Below are positions 50,288-63,659 of a DNA stretch of 64,000 bases, one piece after another. The DNA is from Octopus bimaculoides (Eukaryota), in contig NC_068981.1 in NCBI RefSeq assembly GCF_001194135.2, positions 108,286,886-108,350,885 of the forward strand, read 5' to 3'. The position numbers were made by a program, and so were the translations under genes. The notes beneath the pieces are model-generated. The model was given only the letters and a program-made list of their open reading frames with translations. It was not told the DNA's origin and ran no database searches. Within the stretch, counting starts at the first letter, position 1, and each line of letters opens with the position of its first letter.

Positions 50288-50355
50288 AAGGTAATCTTCT
50301 TCACAGTAGACTTTTCCATGGACGTTGTAAAATGCTTTCCCTCGCAGAGTACGGC
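50288..50355 (-). CDS. WTIP: LIM protein exon (LIM1 second half): (G)[22 protein letters not shown]
   Basis: 68 nt, tttcatcag|GC ... CTT|gtaagt, phase 1 start; the preceding exon was not found in the window. Confidence 0.96.
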
Positions 50356-52804
50356 CTGATGAAAGAAATTTTAGCAAATTTTTTGAAGATTTAACATTTA
50401 AAACAATTCAAGAACAACTTTTCTATTTTTCTTTCATTTATTGCTGCTTCATACTATACTTATACATCAGTCCATCCGAGCACAATTCCAATAATATTTC
50501 AGTTTTTCTGAGAAGAGGTTGCTAACTTCTCATTCAACTTTTCTATTACATAAAATTAAATAAAAAAATTTCCACTGGAGCCTTTGCAATTCCCATCCTA
50601 GGAAATTATTCCATGGAAACAACCTAAGATGGCACAAAACTTATCAGTGAAAGAAATGTTTTCAAAACTCAACCAATACTATAGCCAAAAATGGATTGGA
50701 TTATTCCAGTTCGCTATTTAAGAAAGAACACAATAAGTCCAAATGCTTCTACTTTTATATCAAACTAAGTTCCATTGTTAATCCACAAAAGTGAAATCTT
50801 ACATTATTTCAACAAATATAAATACATCCTACCTCTAATATTATCTTTAATGTAACATAATTACCTATTTACTATTAATTTTCAAAAATATAAGTATTTG
50901 CATATCTTTAGTAAGAAGAAACTGAATATATGCATGTACATATAGAAATATATACACCACTGTTTTAAAGATTTTTTATTAAGATGGGTCTTTTGTAGAG
51001 GCAATATTTTTTTGACAACCAGATGCCCTTCCTACAAGTAGGGTGGAATTTTTTCAGTTGGATAAACAAACAGATGCCAGCATAAAGACAATAGCAGCAA
51101 TAAAGTTTGTATTCACAACCATGTGGTCAATGGTTCAGCCATTGACCCAAATTTATTGAAGGACGTAAGCAGAGTTACTGATTTCTATACAATAATAAAA
51201 TCTTATGAAACATCTCAGTCAACATATTACATTTCTAAATGTATAGTAGTTCAGAGAAGTCAAAACAAATCCATTACCTAAATTTCACAATGCTTGGATA
51301 TTCTATTCTCCAATAGATATTCATTCTTTGCTCCTCTCCCTACCCCCGATAACTGATAATCTGACATTATTAATAGTTACAAGAGAGTAATACCAATTGC
51401 ATTTGATAGCCCTTCTCTATACAAGATGAGGAAAATTGATGAGGTTAATTTTCAGCTTGAACTTATGTAGGTCAACATCTGCAAGAAAATATGTGGTTAA
51501 GGAGAAATTATTGTGTAAAGTTTTCAATTCAGAACCTAGGGGAGTAGTAATATATAGCAAATATAAAAAGAAATAGGCATGTTGGTTAGGTTTTAGAAAG
51601 TTGGTAGGTCAGAGAAACAGAGGTTATTATAGTTATAATAGATAGAAGAAAGAAACGCATTGAATCTGTGAGCTAGTGGTTGTTGTGTGGAGGTGAGTTT
51701 TTACTTATCAGTTAACTGGCTTGAGATACTAAAAGAGAGTAACAAGGGACCTAATATTTGTAGTGAGTTGGAAGGCTTCATATGTGTATCATTCAAGCAT
51801 AGTAATGTCCAATTGTTATCCAAGAAAAAATATAAACATTCAAACGTGTCAGCATCTTTTAGATGTTTCAGTCATTAGACTGTAGCCATGCTGGGGCACC
51901 ACTTTCAAGAGTTTTAGTTGAATAAATCAACCTCGTTAAGTAACACTCTAACACTGGTTGTCAAGCAGTGGTGAGGGACAAACATGCATGCACACATACA
52001 TGATGGGCTTTTTTCAGTTTCCATCTACCAAATCCACTCACACAGTTTTGATTGCCCCAAGGCTATAGCAGAAGATACTTTCCACAATTTTCTTGGGTCT
52101 TTTTTTAGCTTCTTTTATTAACTGTACCACTTCTGCTAAAATGTCTTGCACTACTTAAAATGTGCCAGTTTACTATGTCAGTGTGAACTGACATGTATAG
52201 ACATGTGTAGACTCAATTATATAATAAGGTACTACACTGGGATTGAACTCAGAACCAGGTGGGTGGAAAACAAACTACTTACCATACAGCCAAGCTTGTG
52301 CCTATATGAACAATATTCAAATCAAAAGTTTGTTACTTATCAGTCCTATGAAAGACTGCTGATATGTTTCTTTCTAGAATAGTACTTCAAAGTATTATAA
52401 ACACACAAAGTTTTATCTAAATTACATTTTAAATATCACCTAGAAAATTGACTACACCTTGCATGTCTAAGAGTCAGGAACTTGCTGAAAATTAGTTGAC
52501 AACTAATTCTATTAATGTAACACAATTTAATATTATCACACCTCTTTAGAAGCACACCTGGTTTTTAGAACGAGTACCCCATATCTCTACAGGTGGTTAA
52601 GAAGCAACTAAAAGGGTTAGCATCAGGAAAAGCATCTGATCATAAAACATTATTTTAAAAAAGTATCATCTAACCGCTATGGAAAAGCTGCAGCAAAATG
52701 AAAATGGTAGTTAAAGAAAGTACTTTATTTCATTGCAAGCAATTCATTTCAATATTTAACGCGTATATAATACATAAGAAAGAGTAATTTAAAGAAATTA
52801 TGTG

Positions 52805-52975
52805 GACAAGTATGGTTGAGGGGTTAAGAAGCTCACTTTGCAACCATGTGTCAGGCTCAGTCCCACTGCACAGCATCTTGAGCAAGTGTCTTCTACTATA
52901 GCCCTAGACTGATCAATACATTTTGAGTGAATATGATAGAGGAAAACTGTGCAAAAGCCTATCGTGTTTACACAT
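52805..52975 (+). mobile_element. tRNA-derived SINE head plus core
   Basis: ggctcagtcccactgcacagcatcttgagcaagtgtcttctactatagcc; homologous to 61660-61800. Confidence 0.75.
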
Positions 52976-52984
52976 ACACACATC

Positions 52985-53300
52985 TTTTAGTTGTTTCAGT
53001 CATTAGATAGTAGTAATGCTGGGGCATCACCTAGAAGGGTCAAGTTGAACAAATCAACTCCAGTACTTAATTTTTTATTGGTCTCTTTTTAACAAACCAC
53101 AAAATTATGGGGACGTAAACAAACCAATGCCTGTTGTCAAACAGTGATGGGGAACACACACACGGCGGGCTTCTTTCAGTTTCTGTCTACCAAATCCATT
53201 CACAAGGCTTTGATTGGACCAGAGCTATAGTAGAAACGACTTACCCAAGATGCTATGCAGTGGGACTGAACCCAGAATCATGTAGTTGGGAAGCAAGCTA
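52985..53300 (-). mobile_element. Full-length tRNA-derived SINE
   Basis: Head (gggttcagtcccactgc) near 53270, core, 3' part ..ccccagcattactactatctaatgactgaaac; homologous to 61660-62010. Confidence 0.8.
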
Positions 53301-53570
53301 TGCTAGCACCTAATATGTGTGCTAGCATAGCTTCATCACAACAATGATATATGTAAGGCTGAAAACACCTCTAAATCATTGTCACAGTGAGAAGCTGGAA
53401 AGGAGCACTGAGAGCAAAGTAAGAGCATGGGATTTAATATGGAATAAAGTGGAGGCATTTTATATNNNNNNNNNNNNNNNNNNNNNNNNNNNNNNNNNNN
53501 NNNNNNNNNNNNNNNNNNNNNNNNNNNNNNNNNNNNNNNNNNNNNNTATATATATATACACACACACATA

Positions 53571-54172
53571 CAGGGTGTATAAGGTATTTGAGGACATACC
53601 TTTTTGGGGTCACTGCTGCATGTTTTGCCAACTCTGTATAATCTTTCAGAAAATAATAATGGCAGACCCTCAGCTTACTCAAGAAATGAAGAGGCATGCT
53701 GTTATTGTAGTTATAAAGGCTGAGCATAGAGATTTAGAAATATCTCGAGTTTTAAAAGTTTCCAGATCTTTCGTCTACAAAGTTTGTAAGGAGCTAGAGA
53801 ATGAAGATGGAAACGTATCACCAGTATCAAGGCATAAAAAGCATTCTAAACACTGAAATCAGCACTCCTGAATTTATCCAGACCATTGATTACAATCCCA
53901 GAAAATTCATGAAGTCAATTGCAAAAGATCTCCAGGTATCAGAAGGAACAGTCAGAAATGTTGTCCACAAAGACATCAGATATAAGTTTTATACAATGAG
54001 GAATGGTCAATTTGTCAGAAAAAGCAGAAGAAAATCACTACATCAAATCTAAAAGGCTCTTAAACAAACTAAAAAATCCAGCAGCAGAAGATTTGATTTG
54101 GTTTTTCTCAAACAAGAAAAACTTCGACCAAGACCAAAAAGTTAAAAGAAATGACAGATGGTTATGTGCAGA
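53571..54172 (+). mobile_element. 5' half of a Tc1/mariner (maT/DD37D-like) element, truncated by an RTE insertion
   Basis: TA-CAGGGTG terminus; MADPQLTQEMKRHAVIV..., KSIAKDLQVSEGTVRNVVHKDI, WFFSNKKNFDQDQKVKRNDRW. Confidence 0.8.
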
Positions 54173-54808
54173 CATTTAATTCGATTTCGATTTCACTTGC
54201 CTCAACAGGTCTTAGCAAGCGGAGTTTAGTGTCCAATGAAGGAAAGGTATACATAAGTGGGCTGGCTACACTTCTGGCAGAGGCCTTGGATTATGGTCTC
54301 ACTTGGCTTGCCGGGTCTTCTCACGCACAGCATATTTCCAAAGGTCTCAGTCACAAGTCATTGCCTCGGTGAGGCCTAATGTTCGAAGGTCGTGCTTCTC
54401 CACCTCATCCCAGGTCTTCCTGGGTCTACCTCTACCACAAGTTCCCTCAACCACTAGAGTGTGGCACTTTTTCACACAACTATCTTCATCCATTCTCGCC
54501 ATATGACCATACCAGCGCAATCGTCTCTCTTGCACACCACAACTCATGCTTCTTAGGTTCATCTTTTCTCTCAAGGTACATACACTCTGTCGAGTATGCA
54601 CACTGACATTACACATCTATCGGAGCATACTGGCTTCATTCCTTGCAAGCTTACGCATGTCCTCAGCAGTCACGGCCCATGTTTCACTGCCATGTAGCAT
54701 GGCTGTTTGTATACATGCATCATACAGTCTGCCTTTTACTCTGAGTGAGAGGCCCTTTGTCACCAGCAGAGGTAAGAACTCTCTGAACTTTGCCCTGGCT
54801 ATTCTTAT
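54173..54808 (-). mobile_element. RTE LINE 3' fragment (cut by gap)
   Basis: KFREFLPLLVTKGLSLRVKGRLYDACIQTAMLHGSETW...RWYGHMARMDEDSCVKKC. Confidence 0.92.
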
Positions 54809-55537
54809 NNNNNNNNNNNNNNNNNNNNNNNNNNNNNNNNNNNNNNNNNNNNNNNNNNNNNNNNNNNNNNNNNNNNNNNNNNNNNNNNNNNNNNNNNNNN
54901 NNNNNNNNNNNNNNNNNNNNNNNNNNNNNNNNNNNNNNNNNNNNNNNNNNNNNNNNNNNNNNNNNNNNNNNNNNNNNNNNNNNNNNNNNNNNNNNNNNNN
55001 NNNNNNNNNNNNNNNNNNNNNNNNNNNNNNNNNNNNNNNNNNNNNNNNNNNNNNNNNNNNNNNNNNNNNNNNNNNNNNNNNNNNNNNNNNNNNNNNNNNN
55101 NNNNNNNNNNNNNNNNNNNNNNNNNNNNNNNNNNNNNNNNNNNNNNNNNNNNNNNNNNNNNNNNNNNNNNNNNNNNNNNNNNNNNNNNNNNNNNNNNNNN
55201 NNNNNNNNNNNNNNNNNNNNNNNNNNNNNNNNNNNNNNNNNNNNNNNNNNNNNNNNNNNNNNNNNNNNNNNNNNNNNNNNNNNNNNNNNNNNNNNNNNNN
55301 NNNNNNNNNNNNNNNNNNNNNNNNNNNNNNNNNNNNNNNNNNNNNNNNNNNNNNNNNNNNNNNNNNNNNNNNNNNNNNNNNNNNNNNNNNNNNNNNNNNN
55401 NNNNNNNNNNNNNNNNNNNNNNNNNNNNNNNNNNNNNNNNNNNNNNNNNNNNNNNNNNNNNNNNNNNNNNNNNNNNNNNNNNNNNNNNNNNNNNNNNNNN
55501 NNNNNNNNNNNNNNNNNNNNNNNNNNNNNNNNNNNNN

Positions 55538-55538
<1 letters not shown>

Positions 55539-55582
<44 letters not shown>
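55539..55582. repeat. (GA)n microsatellite at a gap edge
   Basis: Direct reading. Confidence 0.95.
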
Positions 55583-55584
<2 letters not shown>

Positions 55585-56442
55585 CCACTTACACATACAT
55601 GCAAAAAAATACATACATGATGATACACATCTTCACTCTCTCACACACATGTCCACTTCATATACAGTACATACGTCTTTTACTTTCTCCTCTCACTTCA
55701 AAGCAAATGTTGTCTTTTCCGTTTCTCCTCTCTTTCAATTTCTGCTCTTTTCAAAGCATAAAGAAACAAAAAAGATTTACAGAAATTAATGAACAATCAG
55801 ATCCCGTATGATCGAGGTGACAACTTTCCTGCTTCAAACAAAAAGAATGCCATAAAATAACTTCTTTTGGCACACACACACACTCTCTAGGTAAAACTTC
55901 TGTATGAATTATGTTATTTCTTGCTATGTACATGTGCAAAATTACAGCTCAAATCCAATTGAAATCACCTTTTTCTATTCTGTAANNNNNNNNNNNNNNN
56001 NNNNNNNNNNNNNNNNNNNNNNNNNNNNNNNNNNNNNNNNNNNNNNNNNNNNNNNNNNNNNNNNNNNNNNNNNNNNNNNNNNNNNATATGTTTGTGTGCC
56101 TGTGTTTGTCCCCCCACCATCGCTTGACAACCAATGGTGGTGTTTACCTCCCCGTAACTTAGCGGTTCAGCAAAAGAGACTGATAGAATAAGTACTAGGC
56201 TTACAAAGAATAAGTCCTGGGCTCGACTAAAGGCGATACTCCAGCATGGCCACAGTCAAATGACTGAAACAAGTAAAAGAGCAAAAGAGTATATATATAT
56301 ATAAATATATTTACTGGTCGTTTTTATATACACAACTACTACAATCCTCTCAGGGTCTCGGAAAATTTTTTTCTGAACCTTCTGATTCTTTTAATGTGCT
56401 AGTTTCATCGTATTAAATTGATATGAATTAATATCGAACTTT

Positions 56443-56473
<31 letters not shown>

Positions 56474-58059
56474 AAGCATGGTAATTACAAAACAGAACTT
56501 TCTCAACTTCACTTTTCTATGTTATATAACAATATTATTACTAGAATGTTTTCATGTTGCTATTCTATTCTAGAAATATTTTGCAGCCCTAAACATTTGA
56601 AACTATATAAAAAATAGTCAATAAAATGGCATACAGAGTTTTTAAAGTAGTAGTGATACTGAGATATACACAAAAGATATTTCTTAGCAAGTTTGGTAAA
56701 AATTCAATACAAATAAAGAGGTGCAGAATTTCACTTAACAGCAGTTAAGGAATTTGAAAGAAAGAAAAAGAAAAACAGTAGAAATAGTAAAACAAAAATT
56801 AGAAACATAAATTTTTAAACTAAAAGAAAAAAAAATGCACCAGCCAAACTAATTACCATGTATGCTGAGCCTACCATACTGAAATAATTAGAATATTTGA
56901 TCTACTTTATACTTATTTATGTTCACAGATTTTTTTTTTCTACTATACAATACTGAAATTAAAAAAAAAAAAGAAAATTCTAATGTATTTAAAGAAATTG
57001 CATAACACCAGCTGCAGCCAACAGACATGTAGAAATTATATATTGGTGCATATTTTCATATTTTATAATCAATTCACTAGCTCAAATAGGTTGTAGCATG
57101 GATTATTCTGATTTTATAGAAAACTTGATGATTTTCAATCTCTGTAGAATTCTATCATCAAGTAAGTTAATAAAGATATCATAATTGAGTAGTCAAGACA
57201 CAGGTCCAAGATACTGGATATAAATTCCAATTCACTCAGTAGTATAGCAGCAGGACCTCTCTACTTGCCTAAGTCAATTTAACTGAACAGTAGAAAGGGC
57301 ATCCAGCCGCTATAAAAAAGGCATCTATTTTCATTAAAAGATCAGTGATATTAACACTAATGTTGAAGCTATGGTTTTTACAGTTGGGTGCTTTCCTACA
57401 CAAAATGGAATAAATTTGTGTCAGAAGTAGAAGAATTTGTTTCAGACAAGGTCCTTTGTTGGAAAAGAAAATAAATATTCTTTAACTAGCAGTCAACAGT
57501 TTAACCTAGTGCTTAGATATAAGTTTTATTTTTAGTTGTTATTTAACCCCAGGTCATCCCTAGTCTTAAAGCGCCCGCAAAAGCCCTGTGGCGAAGTCCT
57601 TTTCTCCAGAAAAAACAATGGGAGACATAAAGAGAAAAAAAAGGCTAGTTAGATATAATTCTGAAACACTATTTCTACAAATTAGTTTCAAATGATATTG
57701 ATACAATGTTACCAGCAGAGATGTAACAAGATTCACAGTTTTTGCTGATTTTTTTTTCTTCAGTCTAATTTGTACTGAACATTCATTAGTATGTTAATAA
57801 ATTATTTATCAAACATTAGCAAATATTTGATAAATAATTTATAACTGTCCACCAAAAATGTTCCTTCTGATCATTGGTCCAGCTACACAAGCTAAGATAC
57901 TTTTTTCTTCTAGTCTTCAGTAAAGTCATGTTTTCTTCAGTGAAGTAATGCTAATTTTTCTTCTTTTTGTCATCTGGTCAAGATCAAAATTCCAACTTTA
58001 AGAATAAGCCAATGCCAACAGTTCTTGTGTCTTTCAACCTATAAATAAACTGACTTAAA

Positions 58060-58260
58060 CCCTTTAGCAATCAGATTCCTCTGTCAAATGTAATGCTTAT
58101 TTATTTTTGTTGCTTTGAATTCATCATGCATTATATCATAGCCTCAAGATTTCTATGATGTAATTGCTTATTTTTAGATTAGCATTGTAAGACAGGTGTT
58201 TGAATATAAAACAGGTAGACCATGCGGACTGAATATAGTCAGTTTAAATGCTGACAGGCT
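58060..58260. mobile_element. Second, more degraded copy of the piggyBac-type MITE
   Basis: ccctttagcaatcagattcctctgtcaaatgtaatgctt...aaaacaggtag; homologous to 44305-44500. Confidence 0.75.
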
Positions 58261-61200
58261 AAATAGCTGACATTTATTATTGCACTTTTTACCTAAAATG
58301 TTCACCAAGATCAAGGTAAAATGTGAAAGGCTACTTGGGTGACTTGTTATACAGTTGTGTAAAAATGCTTAATACACAGCAATAATATATAACAAACCCA
58401 ATAACTTTACAGCATATTACATCACTTAAACTATTTTTAATATATATATTTTTTAACTTGCAGTTTATACTTTGAGCAAAACCTTATTAACTAAGATGTT
58501 ACTATGGTTGTTGAGGAAATTTGGGATTATTACATCAAATGTCTTTTTTTTAAATTTTAATCTAACAAATCTATTGAAGACATGTTTGTTCAAGTTACAT
58601 ACCAGTTTATTTATTACGTCTTTTTTGTGTGTATGTCCTTGATTGTGTTGTTACCCTTGACTTCAGTTAAGTCCTCAACTGAGATTAGTATGAGAACCTA
58701 TCAAGCAGCCTACTTTTTACTCTACTCATTTTTCATCTAATGTCAAACCAATCCTACTCAATCCATGTCATAGACAACTCTGATATGTTTATTTATTTTT
58801 TCATCACATGACATGAACAATAGTTTTGCTGGTTTTTAAGGATCTATCACTTGCTTCTTGAAAGATATACAGGAGCATGCACATACACTCACTAACACAC
58901 ACACATTTTTGGGTAATGATCCAGAGAAGGAAGAATTAATACAAATGGGGAGAGCAGTAGTTTATTCAAACTGATCCAGTGGCCTGTTAACTGGTTTAAA
59001 TTATGTGTGTTTGTATGTATGTGTACGTGTACACACACACACACACACACACAACTAGATGCCATTCCTACTGCCAATCACTTTACAGAGTACACCTAGT
59101 ACACTTTGTAAAGTGGTTGGTATTAAGAAGAGTATCCAGCCATACAAACCATGCCAAAGCAATCAGTGGAGCTTAAAGCAGTGGGCTGGCTAACTAGCTC
59201 CTGTTGAACCAGCCAATCCATGCCAGCATGGAAAATGGATGTTAAATAGTGGTGATGATGATATGTATAAAATATAAAAAAGCAAACACAACACACACAT
59301 ATAGCAGGTGCCTAACATAAAATACTGTACCCATTTACTTAAAGTAGTGTACAGTGGAACAAATCCAGAAACCACATGGCTACAAAGCAAACTTAACTAT
59401 ACAGCCAAGCTTGCTTAGGTTCTGGTTATCCCATATTGTCCTTTAACTTTTACTCACTTGCTACTGCTAACCTTGCTAACTCAGACACAGATAACACTAT
59501 CCTGCATTCCTCTCCCTGCAACTTTCTGCATACACACATCATCCAAATGTAACCTAATAATCTCATAAAAGACTTAAATCACTTCTATGTGTAGACACTG
59601 AAAAATCATCCCATGATAGAAATAAGATGACAAATTACTATTCAACAGAAGCAAATCTCAAGACCTTTACAGTTTTTATTTACTCCATAAACTAGAATTA
59701 TTTTTCAGAAATATGTCAAAAATAACACCTCAGTTATTCAACCCATGAGACCAATAGTCTCTCTAAGGATGCTATTAAATGAATGTTCCTTCACTATGAA
59801 AAATCAAGACTTCTCAGAGTAACTCCTGCTAATTTGCATATTCTATACAGTAAGAACTCAATAAATAACACAGCTCATGCAACACATTCTACACAACGAA
59901 CAAAATATTAATATAACACAAGAAGCAAAGTAACACATATACCATGACACAGCTTAAAAGCATGAGGGATGAAACTATTGAAAAACAGATGATTTGACCC
60001 AAGGTAAATTTATATACAATGTGTACAGCTATCAACCCAAGTGCCAACCCCAGTGGGATTTAACTCTGAATGTAAGAGTGCAACTAAAACTGTATTTCTG
60101 CCTTTGATCACCAATCCAAGAGACCATTGCTAAACAGTGAGATGATTTTATTCTTTCAAAAGAAGCATTTGAAGGCTGAGCAGTTGTTGACAATCAACAA
60201 GAACTAAGCATTTCTCCTGATAGAGTATTCATCTTACATATAAAATGAAAAAATGGCTCATGCTTTGTGACTATCTAGTATTCAGTATTAATCTAGAAGG
60301 AAGATATTTGTTCATTTAACAAATACTTGCTTACACACATTCTTTAGACCGAAGTCCTTCATTATACTGTGTCTGCATTGTTTTAAGAACAGACTTCTTA
60401 CAAATAAGAAGCACAAGAATATTTTGAATTGGAAACAGTGCAGTTTTTATGAAACAGTTTGTTATTTAGGAGAATGCATCCAGAATCACTCAGATGAATT
60501 TGCTTGTTCTCAAAAAAAAAAAAAAAAAAGACATAAAAAGTGTTATTTTATAAGAAAAGGTTGTTGAAAGAGGAGTATAGAGAGATAAAAGTTGCTCCAA
60601 ACTGAAGGACCAAATACAGAGATAAATTTAGTATGGTCTGGAAAGCAATTAAAAAAATGAAAACAAAGAATAGTTGCTGAGGTGCTGAATGCAGCAGCTA
60701 TGCAAGTTATTTGCCCGATTTATCAGGTGGTTGTTATTTAGCCCCAGGTCTTTTATGACTGAGCTGATCTGTGATCAAAAGCATTCCAATTGTGACAGTC
60801 TTGTCTTTATTGAAATACAGTGCACTAAGAATCACATTACTCAATGTGTCCTTTCCTTTTTAAGATAGTAGAGTTAATGAGAGAAATTTGATATTTGTAA
60901 CAGGTTGAGCAACTATGTAAACATTTCCCTGTTGACTAATATTTTATGTTGCAGTGTTTAACCCCAGCTCATTCCTATTCAGCAGACCTATCATCAAAGA
61001 CATTTTAACAGTGACCATCCCAATTTTTCTTTTCTTTTCTTAGATATTTGTTTATTTATGACATCAACCAATACAGCCTTCCTTTTTTTATAAGATGGTA
61101 AGGTGTGATATGAGAGAGATACAGCTGCTATTTCGTATACAAGCTGCTATTTCGTAGTGTAGTAAATTGCAATCTTTAAGAACTAACACTACAGTGTAGT

Positions 61201-61314
61201 AAAGAACAAAGAGGATGTACTGGAGAGAAACAATTAAACCCAATGGGCGAATAAAGTGATTGAGATATGCAACAGAATATTTAAACTTAGACTAGCCTTA
61301 GAAAATGAAACAGC

Positions 61315-61462
61315 AACTATTATCTCTATGCTCCTCAATCGTGACTACCAAATGAACAGGTGGACTGTTTTTATGATGTTGTTTTACAGACTGCCTTGAT
61401 GACAAATGACAGTGACTTTATCTTTGTGGCTGGTGACTTCAACAGACATGTTGGGCAGCAAG
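61315..61462 (+). mobile_element. RTE APE endonuclease fragment
   Basis: YAPQS*LPNEQVDCFYD...IFVAGDFNRHVG. Confidence 0.75.
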
Positions 61463-61659
61463 GCTGTCAGTGCTACTTTGACAAATATATACAAAAATTC
61501 ACAGTTAGAAAATTTTTCTTTTCTGTTTTGTCAATATTTCACCAGGCACCATATATGTCAAGTAAAGTAGAAAGCTTGACAATGCTTAGCTACTTGTCAA
61601 CTCAACTAGAATTAAAACAAAATGTTCACAATGCCAAATATGTCCACATCACAGGTGCA

Positions 61660-62010
61660 GGCATGGTTGTGTGGTAAGAAGCTTGCTTCTCAACCACACG
61701 ATTCCAGGTTCAGTCCCACTGCATGAGACCCTGGGCAAGAGTCTTCTGCTATAGCCTCGGGCTGACCAAAGCCTTGTGAGTGAATTTGGTAGACTAAAGC
61801 CTGTCGTGTGTGTGTGTGTCTTTGTGCCTGTCCCCCACTACCACTTGACAACTAGTGTTGATGTGTTTATGTCCCCATAACTTAGCAGTTAGGCAAAAAG
61901 CTGATAGAATAAATACTAAGCCTGAAAAAAAAAAGTCCTGGGGTCAATTTGTTCAACTAAAACCCTTCAAGGTGGTGCCCCAGAATGGCTGAAGCAAGTA
62001 AAAGATGAAA
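61660..62010 (+). mobile_element. Full-length tRNA-derived SINE
   Basis: A-box-like TGGTTGTGTGG, B-box-like GGTTCAGTCCC, core gggcaagagtcttctgctatagcctcgggctgaccaaagcc, (TG)n, 3' tail. Confidence 0.85.
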
Positions 62011-62600
62011 GTGTAGTAGTGTAGCAATTCTTAATTTCATTAATAGAGGAGGCTGAAAAGATTGGCCATAAGTAGGTTTTACTCTTCTAAGAACGAATAC
62101 AGTAACCGTCAACAGACAGCCATGTTTAAATACCATTTCTGAACCTCGTTTTTAGTTGGCTGTAGTAATATTAACAGTAGTGAATATAACATGTATAGTT
62201 ATAGTAATAATATCAGTAATTATTGTCACAAAGTGTGTGTGTTTATGTCCCTGTAACTAAGTGGTTTGGCAAAAGAGACCAATAGAATAAGTACTAGGCT
62301 TAAAAAAAATAAATCCTGGGGTTGATTTGTTTGACTAAAACCCTTCAAGGCAATGCTCCATCATGATTGTAGACAAGTTTCTTTTGAAACAAGAAAAAAA
62401 TAAAAGATAAATGAAAAGATCAAATCAATGATGCCAAAGCAGGCAGAGTCAAAACAACCATGGCAACACATCTCATACTTGTGTGTGTGTGTGTGTGTGT
62501 GCGTGCACGCACACACATGTGCTGTTATTTATAACAGATAAAGCTATAAATAATAGCATGTAAATACTGGGTTAAAAAAAAAAATTTGATAGAAAAAGTT

Positions 62601-62668
62601 GAAGGCTGCCTGTGAGGCCTGAACCAACGACTGTAAATATGAAAGACATTCTACCATTAGATCAAAGC
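62601..62668 (-). pseudogene. Degenerate tRNA-like sequence (CAT in the anticodon position), pseudogene or SINE head
   Basis: gctttgatctaatggtagaatgtctttcatatttacagtcgttggttcaggcctcacaggcagcc: A-box-like and B-box-like motifs, stems poorly paired. Confidence 0.3.
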
Positions 62669-63659
62669 AATCCTTCAATTTCCTATATTCATTCTTATGA
62701 TGTCAATAATATATCATCATCATCCTTACCATTTTAAAGCCACTTATCCATGCTTACATGGATTGGACAGAGTTCATTGAGGCAGATTTTCTACATCCAG
62801 ATGCTCTTCATGTAGCCAGCCCTCACCTGTTTTTATATACATACATCATATATTGTATATGTACACACATATATACATATTTACACACACACAGAGTGTA
62901 AATAAAATTATCCTCTGATCTGAAGAAAATCTAACAAAAGCAGAGTCATTTTTAGCTAACTTAAATACATAACTCTTCCTGACTCTAGGAAGGTTAAAAA
63001 CCCCCCAAAAAATAAACATATTATTCAGATATTACATTCATAGAAATATACTGATGAATAGGGATTCATTTTTATTTCCACAATTTTCTTGGGTTGTTTT
63101 TTAGCTTCTATTAACTGTACCACTGCTAAAATGTCTTGCATGACTTAAAAATTTGCCAGTTTATCATGTTAGTGTCAACTGACATGTGTAGACTTGATTA
63201 TATAATAATTGTCATGACAATGATTACACTAATTAGCTCCCTTCGTTTGCTTTTACATTCATTTTTCCAAGCTAGCATCGGTTAGCTAGCTATATTGTTA
63301 AGACATTGTTTTTGCAGCCAGGGTGTCCCTCATGTCATTAACCCTTACCTTTTTTCAAGCAAGGGATCTTTTACTTTACACATCTGTGAAGGGGCAAAAC
63401 GAGCAGGTAATTTGTTGACAAGGAAAATGACAACAGCATCACCCCTTACAGTTCATGATTTTTAGAGAGCCACATCTGTAAACACACAGACACATACACA
63501 TAAGTTTCTATCTACCAGATCTACTCACAATGTTTTAGTTGGCTCAGGGCTATTGTAAAGACACCCAAGGTGTTATGTGGTAGGACTGAACCTGAAACTA
63601 CATTGGTTTGGAACTAAACTTTTTAACCCTACAGCCATTCCACTAAATATATATATGTA

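Noticed and set aside
56857-56878. 22-nt micro-exon candidate (ctaattatttcag|...ATG|gtaatt, minus strand)
   Set aside because: Would frameshift LIM1 and such sites are common in AT-rich introns; needs junction reads
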